A stretch of 64,000 nucleotides of DNA from assembly GCA_051546255.1 (NCBI GenBank), contig CP128817.1, positions 124,001-188,000 on the forward strand. Reading direction: 5' to 3'. The DNA is from Meyerozyma guilliermondii (Eukaryota). Shown one piece after another: positions 53,146 through 63,697 of the stretch. Position 1 is the stretch's first letter; every line of letters begins with the position of its first letter. Under the pieces are notes generated by a model that saw only the letters and a program-made list of their open reading frames with translations, made no database searches and was not told the origin of the DNA. Both the position numbers and the translations under genes were made by a program.

Positions 53146-56100
53146 TCAAACAGGAATGAACCCACGTCTAAAACCCTGGCCGGGTTCAAGCGTTTCTAAT
53201 GTCTCGAAATTCAATTCATTCTCGCTAAGAGTTCTTGTGACATAGCCATAGAGTCCCAGATTGAGCCAAAGCTTGTTCAAATGACGATACCGTAAATGGT
53301 TGAGCTTAGCTTTACCGCGCATGAGGACCTTTTTGATTTCACCATGAGTGGTAAGATATGGAGCAGGCAATCCATATCCGACAGGAACTTTACCAATTCG
53401 AGTAGAAATTCGCAAAAAATTGAGTCGAGGCTGGAAATAAACCGCATGTCGACAACAATCCTTTGCATGCATTTGCTGACTTTCTGTTCCCACGTCAGTG
53501 CCACAGACTAGGCATATTAAGGTATCTTGCTCTCTGGTGCCGTCACTTTCGTGAGATGTAATACTGCTGAAATCTTCAGGAAGGTTGATGAGCTTTATCA
53601 CACCAGGGTATTCAAGAGTCAAAATGCCATCATCTAAGTGTCGGGGAATCTTGGCACAGATGATATTATCGTAGATTCTCAACTCAAAAAAACCGTTCTC
53701 CGACCTTTCTACCAATGTCTTTAAGAGCTCGTGGAGTCGAGGAACTCCTAACATATCACAAAGGACATCTGAGTTATCGGGGTGCTCCAGCAATATAAGC
53801 TGCTCTTTCAACGACTCGGTCGCTTGCAGTGAAACTAATGATGAAGTCGCGGCATCGTACCGGGATGTCAAGATATCAAAGAACACAATCACCTGCCGTA
53901 AGTATGGTAGCACAAGTCTCTCTATTGCATAGAAAATGCTGGAAACAAATTGATTGTCCTTCAAGTCTAAGTGGGGTAGACTAGCAGTGTCACATAGTCC
54001 ATGAAGAAGATTTCTAACATTGTTGATACTGCCTTCATCCAACTCTCTGTTGAAGGCTGGAACTTTGAATTTTCCTTCCAAAATACGCTGTACTAGAGAA
54101 TACACTGTTATACCGACAGTCTTAGTGAAACCAAGCTTCGAAAGGGCTTGAAAGGACTCATTCGTTTGAAAGAATAATCTCACAGTTTCATTGAAAGAAC
54201 AATCCGCCATTGTATCAGAGTCCAAAGGATCAAAGGCGTTCTTAGAAGCTTCAGGGCTGTGGTTCCTGATCGTCCCTAAATACACCCTACTCTGTATCAA
54301 CGATCTGATCAAAAGTTTTGCCAGCTGCGGAACCAATTCTAGGAAGTCTGTGTATGAGCAGCTTCCTTCTATACGAGAAGTGATTTCATGCATTCGAATT
54401 GTATCACCAATGACATCACTCAACTTGCTTAGCGAGTTCCTGTCAAAAGCACTATTGCGACTGGTGTCAAAACGAAGATTATGCAGTGACTTGATACGAG
54501 CCATCAAGCCTTCCTCTAGTGGTCTTAGCGTTTCGTTATCAGGCTGGAAATATTCTGAAAGCATCAATGCGGCCAGAAGTGCCTTCACTTTTTCTTGCGA
54601 ATCAGACTCCAATATTTCATTGTAGCTCAGAGTTAAAGGAGCATCACTCATAACATTTTCTGGCACAGTAGCATTTTGAGGAGTGATATATGTTGGAAGG
54701 AAAGTGTTTTGGTAACTTTGGCATAAAGGACAGTTGATATGAAGGGAGCGATTGGCTGAGCGCTTGAAACACCTATAGTGCATACCATGACCGCATGTTG
54801 AAAAAACAAGCCTGTATTCCTTGCGATTATTCAAAGAAGTTGTATTCTTTGGATAGGTATAGCCATAACCATACGATGACAGAGTTGCGTTGATAATGTC
54901 ATCAAAGTTTGCAAATGCGTCCACAACCAAGGGTCCTTTTTCGGGAAGCTTCCAGAAAACGGAGGATTCAGTATTACTGGCCAATATTCCAAATACATCC
55001 GAAGAACTTTCTGGCTCGCCACATAGTATACAAGTTCTAGCCTGCTCGACGCTGCCACCTTCTACCTGCAACTGGTCCTCTTTGAAATCACTTTTTTGCA
55101 AGAATTGTTGTCTTTGTTTTGCAAATTTCTTCATCACCTTCGCCTTCCTCTTCTCGGCCAAACTTCTCTTCTTGGAATTGTCAAACTTGATAAGCTCATT
55201 CTTATGCTCCATATACTTAGACATGTACTCTTCACCAAAGCAATCGATGAGAGAGTCCATGACCCGACTGTCGCGGGCCAAAAACAATCCTAATAAGTGG
55301 TCTGCCTTTTTCCTTACATGAGGAGACATTGAGGAGTTTACCAAGGTCATGAGCAAGTCGCCAATTGGAATCGAAACAAAGGAACTGTTCAAATACTCTG
55401 GGCCGTTCAAATACTCGTCATCACGAATAACCGCATGTAACAAGTGAAGTACAGGCATGATGTAGAATTCCTCTGAAGAGTCAATAGAAGCCCTCATGAA
55501 CTTGTAAATCAATTTTGCAAAATCGGTCGTTTTGGCAAACCGGGCAATTCGGCTATCAACAAACGAGTTTCCGCTTGGCTTGTTATTAGGCATCAAAATC
55601 ACATCAGCTTCTTTGATTCCCTTTGATTTCGAAATCTGTTTGGCAAGAGCATCGGAAACATCTTGGAATTTGGATCCGTCCATAAGAATGCTCATAGGAT
55701 CAAGGTTTTCATACATGCTTTCCCTGAGCTTGTATCTGCCTGAGTCAGTGAGGCCGGTTGGCGGTTGATATTCTGCACACTCGTCCAAGATATCATCAAA
55801 ATTGTCATGTTCACTTGCATCTGGAGAGACTTCTGACTTCAAGTATGAATATGTTTTGGGTCCATCACACAATTCGTAACAAATCTCTTGTCGAGTCTGA
55901 TAAAGAAACCATTCTTCATATGTGAACGTCAAAAAGCGGCTTCGGTCGATGATCAAATTATACAAGAAAATGATGAATTTTTCTCCAATGGCACTAAATC
56001 TCTCCTCGTAAATTGTTTCTTCGTGGCTCACCTTATTGACGTACCAGTCCAAAAGCTCCCATCTATCCAAGAAATTGTACAAAGTTGCTCGAGGATCATC

Positions 56101-58413
56101 TAACATAGCTGCGACCTGATTTAAATGAAAATCACGATGGTAAGTTGAGTCACTAATGCCTGAATTCGAATAAGCGGAACCTTGGCGTGCAACAGAAAAT
56201 CCATTTCTGATCCAGAACCCAATGTTAATCTGTGCTGCTAAAACGATACTTCGCAACGAAATATCGGAAATATTCACGAACGGAGTCCTGATGTTATTTA
56301 GGAGAGACTCAAAGTTTTCAAATCCATGGCGCTGAAGCATATATGACAAAAGCGAGTTTATCGGATTTATGAAAGACACTGGCTCTTTGCTAACAACGAA
56401 ATCGGGGATACCAGGTGCATTTTTCTTGACCTGTCTCAATAGCAAAAAGTCAATTATCAATTTGGTGGCATCTTGAGCCACCTTTATGTCAGTTTCTGCA
56501 GATGCAAGCGTTTGAACGATATCGAGAACAGGAGTCGAATAAAGACGATGAACGATGTAATCCATTTGTTCAATTTCAACATGATCACCGTACTTGCGTT
56601 CTAATGCCCAATAACCCTGAAAATTTCGAAGAAACATCAACAAGATCACGGTATTTTTGTGTGTGAAGAAGCTATGAAGACTGGATTTCACTGATTTGTC
56701 AATAATATGACGAATATCGTCAATTCCTCTTTGAATAGCGAGGACAATGGATCGATATGTATGTGGCTTATCATTGGTGATATCAACTAAATTGGGGTAC
56801 CCTGAATCATAGTTCCATATTGCAGAATGTTCTTCAATCAAGCGTGCCACTGGGCCCATGATAATACCGAGTTGGTCCTTTTGGAGAATGTACAGCACTG
56901 TTGCAGGGCAGGTCAATAATTGGGCCGATATATGTGACATACTGTTCAATTCTTCTTCCCTGTCGGACAAACACATTGTGGTAATTAGTTGAGGATACAA
57001 TTCAATGTATTGGTCGCTGAATGCTCTCTTGGATGGAATGTCCACAATCAAGTGTGATACGAGGAACATTCCAAGCTGTCGCCTAACCTTTGTCGAAAAC
57101 CGAATTTCAAATGCTAAGAAGAACTGAAGCCGAGAGCTCAGAATTCTGTCGAGTTTTGGCGATTTGGTCAAAACTAGATGAGCCGGTTTGTATAGCTGAG
57201 AAAGGTTATCATAGGGAGATACCTCACACAAGCCGGCATTTACGAATTTTCCATCGTAGAGTAGTCCATTTTCGAAGCAACGTCTTTTATCGTCAATAGA
57301 CAAACCTTTGATGAACTCAGCAGGTACAACTTTGGAGAGCTGGTGGTTGGGCTGCAACAAGAGTTCTGCAATAATCTTGCTACTCAAAGAGCTGAGAAGA
57401 GTATTGCCCTCTGCCAAACTCTGGAGCCAGGCAAAGACGATTTCCACCATCGACTCTTTCATGTAATCGCGAGCGCTGCAAATTGTCGCAACCAAGCCAT
57501 TGAGTTGTGCATTTCTAAGAGGCACCAAAAGCTCAGAGTACGAAGACTTCTCTAGTATGACCGCTTTTCCCTGTTCGCTGATGACTTGTGTGAGCGCCTG
57601 GGCCCTTGGTTTGGCCAACTTGGAGGCAGCGAGAATGGCTTGTAATGCCTGATCGACAGTGTGGTTTTCATCATTCCACAACACCAAGTACCATAGATTC
57701 GACGAGTTTGTGTCTACCGCACCCCCGTAGCGGCCGCTGGGCAAAGAGGAGTAGTTTGAGAGTCTCAACGACGTGAGCGGGCTTCCGGGAGTGTCTATGT
57801 GATCATGAATGAAAGGAAGGGTTTGAATGGAGAAGTTCGTAACGTCAAGGATGTAATCTAAGCAGATTTGGATTGTCAACCGTAAACTCTGCTCGAAATC
57901 TGGAGGGATATTTTCCAATTCCAGTGAATCCGTCTGGCATTTGCAATTTAATGGCACCACAAATGCTTCTGGGTCACCGCAATCGCACATTCCAGATGAA
58001 ATGCCACGCGAGTAGTATGAGAATACACTATGATCCTGGTGGTCACTGGGGTTGAAACAGTCTACACAAAGCACACATGTTTCATCGTACGAGCAATCTT
58101 GGCACTGGAATACAGGGTCTCCTTTCTTGAAAGTTCGAGCACATGCTCTGCCCTTTGGGTGGGTATATTTTTCTGGGGACTTTACGGTATAGAAGGGACG
58201 ACGGTCATGCAATGAAAGAGGAAATTCATAATTATCGAGTTCATCTATCTGATCTTGGATTATTAATGGGAACAAGTGACGAAGATATTTGCCCTCTGCT
58301 GTGGCAGCGTAGTATAAAGCTTTGAAGAGGCATTGTTCAAGGGCATCGTTATCGGTATAGCCCAACTTTGAAGGTAGCGAAACGAGAAATCGCCGGAGAT
58401 CGTCAGGATCCAT
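53146..58413 (-). CDS. UBR1: UBR-box / RING-H2 N-recognin E3 ligase, paralog B
   Basis: UBR box CARTFKKGDPVFQC...CDCGDPEAF, ClpS-like LWNDENH, GFWIRNG, CGHGMHYRC..CPLC, APYL..HGE; adjacent to TYS1 and QCR9 as S. cerevisiae UBR1. Confidence 0.88.
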   Translation of the reverse strand: MDPDDLRRFLVSLPSKLGYTDNDALEQCLFKALYYAATAEGKYLRHLFPLIIQDQIDELDNYEFPLSLHDRRPFYTVKSPEKYTHPKGRACARTFKKGDPVFQCQDCSYDETCVLCVDCFNPSDHQDHSVFSYYSRGISSGMCDCGDPEAFVVPLNCKCQTDSLELENIPPDFEQSLRLTIQICLDYILDVTNFSIQTLPFIHDHIDTPGSPLTSLRLSNYSSLPSGRYGGAVDTNSSNLWYLVLWNDENHTVDQALQAILAASKLAKPRAQALTQVISEQGKAVILEKSSYSELLVPLRNAQLNGLVATICSARDYMKESMVEIVFAWLQSLAEGNTLLSSLSSKIIAELLLQPNHQLSKVVPAEFIKGLSIDDKRRCFENGLLYDGKFVNAGLCEVSPYDNLSQLYKPAHLVLTKSPKLDRILSSRLQFFLAFEIRFSTKVRRQLGMFLVSHLIVDIPSKRAFSDQYIELYPQLITTMCLSDREEELNSMSHISAQLLTCPATVLYILQKDQLGIIMGPVARLIEEHSAIWNYDSGYPNLVDITNDKPHTYRSIVLAIQRGIDDIRHIIDKSVKSSLHSFFTHKNTVILLMFLRNFQGYWALERKYGDHVEIEQMDYIVHRLYSTPVLDIVQTLASAETDIKVAQDATKLIIDFLLLRQVKKNAPGIPDFVVSKEPVSFINPINSLLSYMLQRHGFENFESLLNNIRTPFVNISDISLRSIVLAAQINIGFWIRNGFSVARQGSAYSNSGISDSTYHRDFHLNQVAAMLDDPRATLYNFLDRWELLDWYVNKVSHEETIYEERFSAIGEKFIIFLYNLIIDRSRFLTFTYEEWFLYQTRQEICYELCDGPKTYSYLKSEVSPDASEHDNFDDILDECAEYQPPTGLTDSGRYKLRESMYENLDPMSILMDGSKFQDVSDALAKQISKSKGIKEADVILMPNNKPSGNSFVDSRIARFAKTTDFAKLIYKFMRASIDSSEEFYIMPVLHLLHAVIRDDEYLNGPEYLNSSFVSIPIGDLLMTLVNSSMSPHVRKKADHLLGLFLARDSRVMDSLIDCFGEEYMSKYMEHKNELIKFDNSKKRSLAEKRKAKVMKKFAKQRQQFLQKSDFKEDQLQVEGGSVEQARTCILCGEPESSSDVFGILASNTESSVFWKLPEKGPLVVDAFANFDDIINATLSSYGYGYTYPKNTTSLNNRKEYRLVFSTCGHGMHYRCFKRSANRSLHINCPLCQSYQNTFLPTYITPQNATVPENVMSDAPLTLSYNEILESDSQEKVKALLAALMLSEYFQPDNETLRPLEEGLMARIKSLHNLRFDTSRNSAFDRNSLSKLSDVIGDTIRMHEITSRIEGSCSYTDFLELVPQLAKLLIRSLIQSRVYLGTIRNHSPEASKNAFDPLDSDTMADCSFNETVRLFFQTNESFQALSKLGFTKTVGITVYSLVQRILEGKFKVPAFNRELDEGSINNVRNLLHGLCDTASLPHLDLKDNQFVSSIFYAIERLVLPYLRQVIVFFDILTSRYDAATSSLVSLQATESLKEQLILLEHPDNSDVLCDMLGVPRLHELLKTLVERSENGFFELRIYDNIICAKIPRHLDDGILTLEYPGVIKLINLPEDFSSITSHESDGTREQDTLICLVCGTDVGTESQQMHAKDCCRHAVYFQPRLNFLRISTRIGKVPVGYGLPAPYLTTHGEIKKVLMRGKAKLNHLRYRHLNKLWLNLGLYGYVTRTLSENELNFETLETLEPGQGFRRGFIPV

Positions 58414-58643
58414 GTTTTAAGTTGGGTGATCTAGAAAGAGTCGCAAATCGCAGACGGGGTTTGCAGTTCGGGTAGCGCAGCCCCTGCAGGAATCGAGCCC
58501 GGATTTCGAGCGATTAGAATGTTCCGCAGTTCGCACTCACGCTACTTAGTTCTTGACTTGATCTCGCATTACGTAATTCGTTACTGTTAACACAAAATTA
58601 AATTTCTGACTCAAGGTTTTTCAACTCTACCACTAATCTCATT

Positions 58644-59858
58644 ATGGCCGAGGTCGTCGATCCCAAAGAGCAGTTTCGCTTGATTACCAGAAACCTTCAA
58701 GAATACTTGAATGGCCAAATCATTGAAAACGTTTTGCAAAATGAAAAAAGACCAGTGAAAGTTTACTGGGGAACCGCACCCACTGGAAGACCCCATTGTG
58801 GTTACTTTGTGCCAATGGTAAAGTTGGCCGATCTCTTGAAAGCAGGATGTGAGGTGACTGTGCTCTTGGCAGATTTGCATGCCTTTTTGGATAACATGAA
58901 AGCACCATTGGAAACTGTCCAGTTTCGTGCTCAGTACTATGGAAAATTAGTGAAGGCTATCTTGAAGTCCATCAATGTTCCTATTGACAAGCTCAAGTTT
59001 GTGGTCGGATCGTCGTACCAGCTCAGCGAAAAATATACAATGGATCTTTTCCGGTTGTCTAACATCGTTTCACAGAACGATGCTAAGAGAGCAGGTGCTG
59101 ATGTCGTCAAACAAGTGGCCAACCCATTGTTGTCTGGTCTCATTTACCCCTTGATGCAAGCATTGGACGAAGAGTTTTTGGATGTGGATGTACAATTTGG
59201 AGGTGTAGATCAGCGGAAAATCTTCGTTTTGGCTGAAGAAAACTTGCCTGGTTTGGGTTACAAAAAGAGAGCACATTTGATGAACAAAATGGTTCCTGGC
59301 TTGGGACAAGGTGGTAAAATGAGTGCTTCCGACCCTAACTCCAAGATAGATCTTTTGGAAGACCCAAAGGTTGTCGTCAAGAAAATTAATAGTGCATACT
59401 GTGCTCCTGGTGATATTGAGAACAATGGTCTCATTGCTTTCATCGAGAACGTAATTCTTCCAATCCAGCAGTTGCACGCAGGCAAAGACGAGGGTGTGTT
59501 CAATTTTTTCATTGATAGACCAGACAAATACGGTGGTCCAATCACCTACACATCGTTGGATGAATTGAAGGATGACTACAAGAATGATAAATTATCCCCT
59601 GTGGATTTGAAGTCAGGAGTATCAAGTCAAATCAACGCTTTATTAGCTCCTATCCGTGCTGAGTTCGACGCTGACCCAGAATTCCAGGATTTCGAAGCTA
59701 AAGGCTACCCTAAAGAACAACCAAAGGAAGTGAAAAAGGTGAAAAAAGTGAAAAATAAGGGAACCCGCTACCCAGGAGGTGCTCCTCCAGCCAAGGACAA
59801 TGCTGAAGCTAATGCAGTGGCAGAAAAGTTGGAATCAACCAAGGTATCGGACCAATAG
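58644..59858 (+). CDS. TYS1: Cytosolic tyrosyl-tRNA synthetase
   Basis: YWGTAPTGRPHCGY, YPLMQALDE, QFGGVDQRK, KMSAS. Confidence 0.97.
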   Translation: MAEVVDPKEQFRLITRNLQEYLNGQIIENVLQNEKRPVKVYWGTAPTGRPHCGYFVPMVKLADLLKAGCEVTVLLADLHAFLDNMKAPLETVQFRAQYYGKLVKAILKSINVPIDKLKFVVGSSYQLSEKYTMDLFRLSNIVSQNDAKRAGADVVKQVANPLLSGLIYPLMQALDEEFLDVDVQFGGVDQRKIFVLAEENLPGLGYKKRAHLMNKMVPGLGQGGKMSASDPNSKIDLLEDPKVVVKKINSAYCAPGDIENNGLIAFIENVILPIQQLHAGKDEGVFNFFIDRPDKYGGPITYTSLDELKDDYKNDKLSPVDLKSGVSSQINALLAPIRAEFDADPEFQDFEAKGYPKEQPKEVKKVKKVKNKGTRYPGGAPPAKDNAEANAVAEKLESTKVSDQ

Positions 59859-59981
59859 AGTATTAAGTAGAGGTGTAAAGGTTGCAAAAATACGCACCCG
59901 CACACCCGTAATAAACAGAACCAATCAGGTTTTGCGCGAAGTGAAAATCGACTTCTACAGACTCAAAGAGCAAGACAAATA

Positions 59982-60540
59982 ATGGTAAGTAGCCACGCAC
60001 TCGAGGAAAGTGGCTGGTGTACATGAAGGATGCAACGTAATATGAGAATTTACCAAATTGAATTCTTGTGGCTCAAATAGAGACGAAATGGTGAAATTGG
60101 GAGGAGTGAAGACCGTGAAAAAGTTGAAAGAGAGGGAATTGGAAACAGGGTGCAACAGAAGAGCTCTGAGCGTGGTAGACTTTTGAACAGTCGCGTTCAC
60201 TGTCCTGATTTACGTTTTCAATCCCTTTCCTCTTCAAATTACCGAAGCATAAAGACTGAACTTTGAGATTATTTCAATGGCTGACTTTCATTCAACTCCA
60301 ACTTGACCTTAATCTTTGTCGCTTTCCACAACTCCAAACAGCTCAAACATACTAACACAGTTATCTGGTCTTTTTCAGAGAAATTCCATTTTCGTCGCTA
60401 CCATCTTTGCTGGTGCATTCGCTTTCGAATCGTCGTTTGACGTTGCTGTGACCAAGTGGTACGAGAATCACAACAAAGGAAAGTTGTGGAAAGACGTCAA
60501 AGGCAAGTTCATTGAGGGAGGCGATGACGACGACGAGTAG
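59982..60540 (+). CDS. QCR9: Cytochrome bc1 subunit 9; join(59982..59984,60361..60540)
   Basis: ATG then GTAAGT; TACTAACACAG; exon 2 FQRNSIFVATIFAGAF...WYENHNKGKLWKD. Confidence 0.93.
59985..60360 (+). other. Spliceosomal intron in QCR9 (376 nt)
   Basis: GTAAGT / TACTAAC / CAG directly after the start codon. Confidence 0.85.
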
Positions 60541-60602
60541 CTGAACATAACAATGCATGTAGAGATTAGAAATTGTAGATTCTAAAAGAAGCCGAATAAA
60601 GA

Positions 60603-60662
60603 CAAGAAAGTATACGATAATCTACTTTTGCTCAAGAAAGTATTCGATAATCTACTTTTGCT
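60603..60662. repeat. 30-bp tandem duplication, one mismatch
   Basis: CAAGAAAGTAT(A/T)CGATAATCTACTTTTGCT x2. Confidence 0.9.
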
Positions 60663-60770
60663 GAAGGTACTACATTTCAATATAATTGATTTTTCATTTT
60701 TCAAATCGCAATGCAAAGTCGCATTCTTTTCATTATTCACATAAAATATTAACCAAATACTCTCCACACC

Positions 60771-61532
60771 ATGGCAGTAATTAACCAACCCAACAGTCAG
60801 ATACGACTCACTAATGTCTCCCTCGTACGAATGAAGAAGGGAAAAAAGAGATTTGAAATTGCATGTTACCAGAACAAGGTTCAAGATTGGAGACAAAAAA
60901 CGGAAAAAGATCTTGACGAAGTGCTTCAAATTCCTCAAGTATTTACCAATGTTTCCAAGGGCCAGATAGCCAACAATGACGATTTGAAGGCTTGTTTTGG
61001 AAGCACCAACGTTGATGAGATCATTTTGGAGATTTTGGATAAGGGAGAGATCCAGTTAAATGAAAAAGAACGCAGTGCCAATTTACAACAAAAACAGAAT
61101 GAGTTCTTGAATATAATCTCCACAAAGTGTATAAACCCGCGTTCCAAGAAACGGTATCCCCCGTCAATGATTCAGAAAGCATTGAACGAAGTAAAGTACC
61201 ATGTTAATCCTGCCAAACCCACAAAAATTCAGGCTCTTGAAGCCATCAAGGTATTGATAGAGAAACAGATATTTCCCATTGCGCGAGCCCAGATGAAGGT
61301 TAAGGTTGTCCTAGCCAATAAAGTGAAGAAACAGGTATACGATGAGCACATCAAGCCATTGATAGACAAGATTGAAGATGAGCACCAAGACGCCAAGATG
61401 TTTGAGTGCATTGGTATAATTGATCCTTTTAACTACAGGGCGATAGTGGAACTCCTTCAAGGCGAAAATGCCAAAGTTAAGCAAGGGGAAGGCAGCATTG
61501 AAGTTATAGATATGGCTGCGGTGAAGGAATAA
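60771..61532 (+). CDS. SDO1: Ribosome maturation factor (SBDS ortholog)
   Basis: INQP..QIRLTNVSLVRMKKGKKRFEIACYQNKV, KGEIQL, PIARAQMKV. Confidence 0.96.
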   Translation: MAVINQPNSQIRLTNVSLVRMKKGKKRFEIACYQNKVQDWRQKTEKDLDEVLQIPQVFTNVSKGQIANNDDLKACFGSTNVDEIILEILDKGEIQLNEKERSANLQQKQNEFLNIISTKCINPRSKKRYPPSMIQKALNEVKYHVNPAKPTKIQALEAIKVLIEKQIFPIARAQMKVKVVLANKVKKQVYDEHIKPLIDKIEDEHQDAKMFECIGIIDPFNYRAIVELLQGENAKVKQGEGSIEVIDMAAVKE

Positions 61533-61750
61533 AATGCAAAAAGGTATAGAATGAATAATGGAAAAACCGTAGAATAAATAAAGGAAAAAGCCATAGAATG
61601 AATGCAATCGAACGTGTTTTCTCCAGTTGTCGTTTGCTACTCTTATTACTATATGTGTATTTTTTCCAAGTTTTGTCTTCTCCATTTCAGTCCCATTCCT
61701 GTATGGCCTTAGTAGTCTCACAAAATTTTCGACTCGAATCTCATCTCATT

Positions 61751-63037
61751 ATGACTGCCACTCTCCCCCAATTACCCAGCGGTATTGACAGCTTCAAGGT
61801 CGTAAGCAAGTACTCCGAGCCCGTAAGAAGGCCCGTGGAGCCTGTAGGCCGTTATTTCTTGGCCCATGCTTCCAGAATCATGAGAGGACACACCTGGTCC
61901 GAATACGAAAAATTGGAAGCGGAAAGAAACGTCAAACAAGTCGAGCTGGACAACGACGACGACATTGGTGACGAAGAACAAGACGAAGAATTGTTGGAGC
62001 ACGATCCAAGAGAATGGAAAACCGCCGACTTGTATGCGGTTTTGGGATTATCAAAGTTGAGATACAGAGCCACCGAAGATCAAGTTAGAAGGGCCCACAG
62101 AAAGCTGGTGCTTAAGCACCATCCCGATAAGAAGTCTGCCAGTGGCGGATTGGACCAGGACGGTTTCTTCAAGATTATTCAAAAGGCTTTCGAAGTGATG
62201 ATGGATCCAGTTAAGAGACGTCAATATGACTCGGTAGACACCAACGCTGATGTGGTTCCTCCTCCTGCCAAATCCAAGTACGACTTCTTTGAGGCATGGG
62301 GACCTGTCTTTGCTAGTGAAGCTAGATTTTCAAAGAAACAACCCGTTCCTTTGTTGGGCACGTTAGAGTCGAGCAAGGAAGAAGTGGATGCTTTCTACGC
62401 ATTCTGGGGTAAGTTTGACTCGTGGAAAACCTTCGAGTTCAAGGACGAGGATGTTCCCGATGACACTGCCAACAGAGACCACAAGCGTTATATCGAGAGA
62501 AAGAACGTTTCCAACAGAAAGAAGTTGAAGCAAGAAGACAACAAGAGAATCATTGATTTGGTGGAGAGAGCTTATAGTGAGGATCCAAGAATCAAGTTGT
62601 TTAAGGATGCTGCCAAAAAGGAGAAGGAAAGAAAGAAATGGGAGCGTGAAGCTGGCTCCAGAAAGGCCGCCGAGGAGGCTGCTGCCAAGAAGGCCGCTGA
62701 AGAAGAAGCCGCCAAAAAAGCTGCTGAAGAAGCTGCTTCCAGCAAGGTCAATGCTAAGAAAGCTAAGGAGGCTGCTAAGGCTGCCAAGAAGAAGAACAAG
62801 AGAGCCATCAGAGGTTCAGCCAAGGAAGCCGACTACTTTGGAGATGCAGGTAAAAGCGCTGATATCGAGGCCGATATTGACACCATCATAGAGAAGTTGG
62901 ACGACGTTCAATTGGGTTCAGTAGCAGGCAAAGTTAACGGTGCCAATGCTGATTCCGTTAAACAAGTGATTTCAGAAACTGCTTCTGAATTGATTGGAGC
63001 CGGCAAGCTTGAAAAATCGTACTTGAAGTACTTCTAA
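61751..63037 (+). CDS. ZUO1: Zuotin, ribosome-associated J protein
   Basis: ATG at 61751; RPVEPVG, J domain HPDK, FDSWKTFE, RDHKRYIERKN, DPRIK. Confidence 0.96.
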   Translation: MTATLPQLPSGIDSFKVVSKYSEPVRRPVEPVGRYFLAHASRIMRGHTWSEYEKLEAERNVKQVELDNDDDIGDEEQDEELLEHDPREWKTADLYAVLGLSKLRYRATEDQVRRAHRKLVLKHHPDKKSASGGLDQDGFFKIIQKAFEVMMDPVKRRQYDSVDTNADVVPPPAKSKYDFFEAWGPVFASEARFSKKQPVPLLGTLESSKEEVDAFYAFWGKFDSWKTFEFKDEDVPDDTANRDHKRYIERKNVSNRKKLKQEDNKRIIDLVERAYSEDPRIKLFKDAAKKEKERKKWEREAGSRKAAEEAAAKKAAEEEAAKKAAEEAASSKVNAKKAKEAAKAAKKKNKRAIRGSAKEADYFGDAGKSADIEADIDTIIEKLDDVQLGSVAGKVNGANADSVKQVISETASELIGAGKLEKSYLKYF

Positions 63038-63091
63038 GCTAGATGAGTCTTGATAAATTTCTCAATTAGTACAATAATCTCGTAATCATAA

Positions 63092-63697
63092 CTACTCTTC
63101 GTCCAACTGCACACCCTGTTTCAATGGAAGTGCCTTCATGTGATAATGCTGCTTACGCTTCTCCTCAAAGCGTTTATGCCTTTCTTCCGCCGTCAATTGC
63201 TTCGATTCTTCCTCCTTATCGTCATCGGATTCTTCCTCGTCGTATTTTTGATCCGGATCAACATATATCAGCCCACCATTCAAAGAGTCTTGTGGAGCTG
63301 ATTGCTTGTCGAGCTCGGATTCCCCCAAATTGAAGGCGGGAATATCTATCTCGTCCTCTTGGTAGTATTCTCCATCAGGATTGAACCCGCCAGTATAAGG
63401 AGTCTTGGGTTCATCTATCTTCATCGTAGCACACTTTTCTTGCTCGGTTTTATACAAGTTAATTTCGTCCCATTTGAGGTGTTCATTGTTTCCATTGCCG
63501 TCTGCTCCATTTCCGGTACTCAGTTTTCTAGCTTTAGCGATTTTGGCTCGAATCTCATCTCCCTTTGACGACTCGCTTGCCAAATTGGCATTGAGCATAG
63601 TATTCCTAATAACTTCCTTCCTGTCTAGCTCGTCCGCCAGCTCTCTGCGTTCGCGTTTCTCGTCTTTGTTGCGCAATATGCCTCTTGGTTCTGACAT
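63092..63697 (-). CDS. GLC8: PP1 inhibitor-2 homolog
   Basis: GILRNK, LKWDEINL, IDEPKTPY, FEEKRKQHY. Confidence 0.92.
   Translation of the reverse strand: MSEPRGILRNKDEKRERRELADELDRKEVIRNTMLNANLASESSKGDEIRAKIAKARKLSTGNGADGNGNNEHLKWDEINLYKTEQEKCATMKIDEPKTPYTGGFNPDGEYYQEDEIDIPAFNLGESELDKQSAPQDSLNGGLIYVDPDQKYDEEESDDDKEEESKQLTAEERHKRFEEKRKQHYHMKALPLKQGVQLDEE

Noticed and set aside
60603..60662. 30-bp direct repeat as a CRISPR or LTR remnant
   Set aside because: Two adjacent copies with no spacer in a eukaryotic intergenic region; simple tandem duplication
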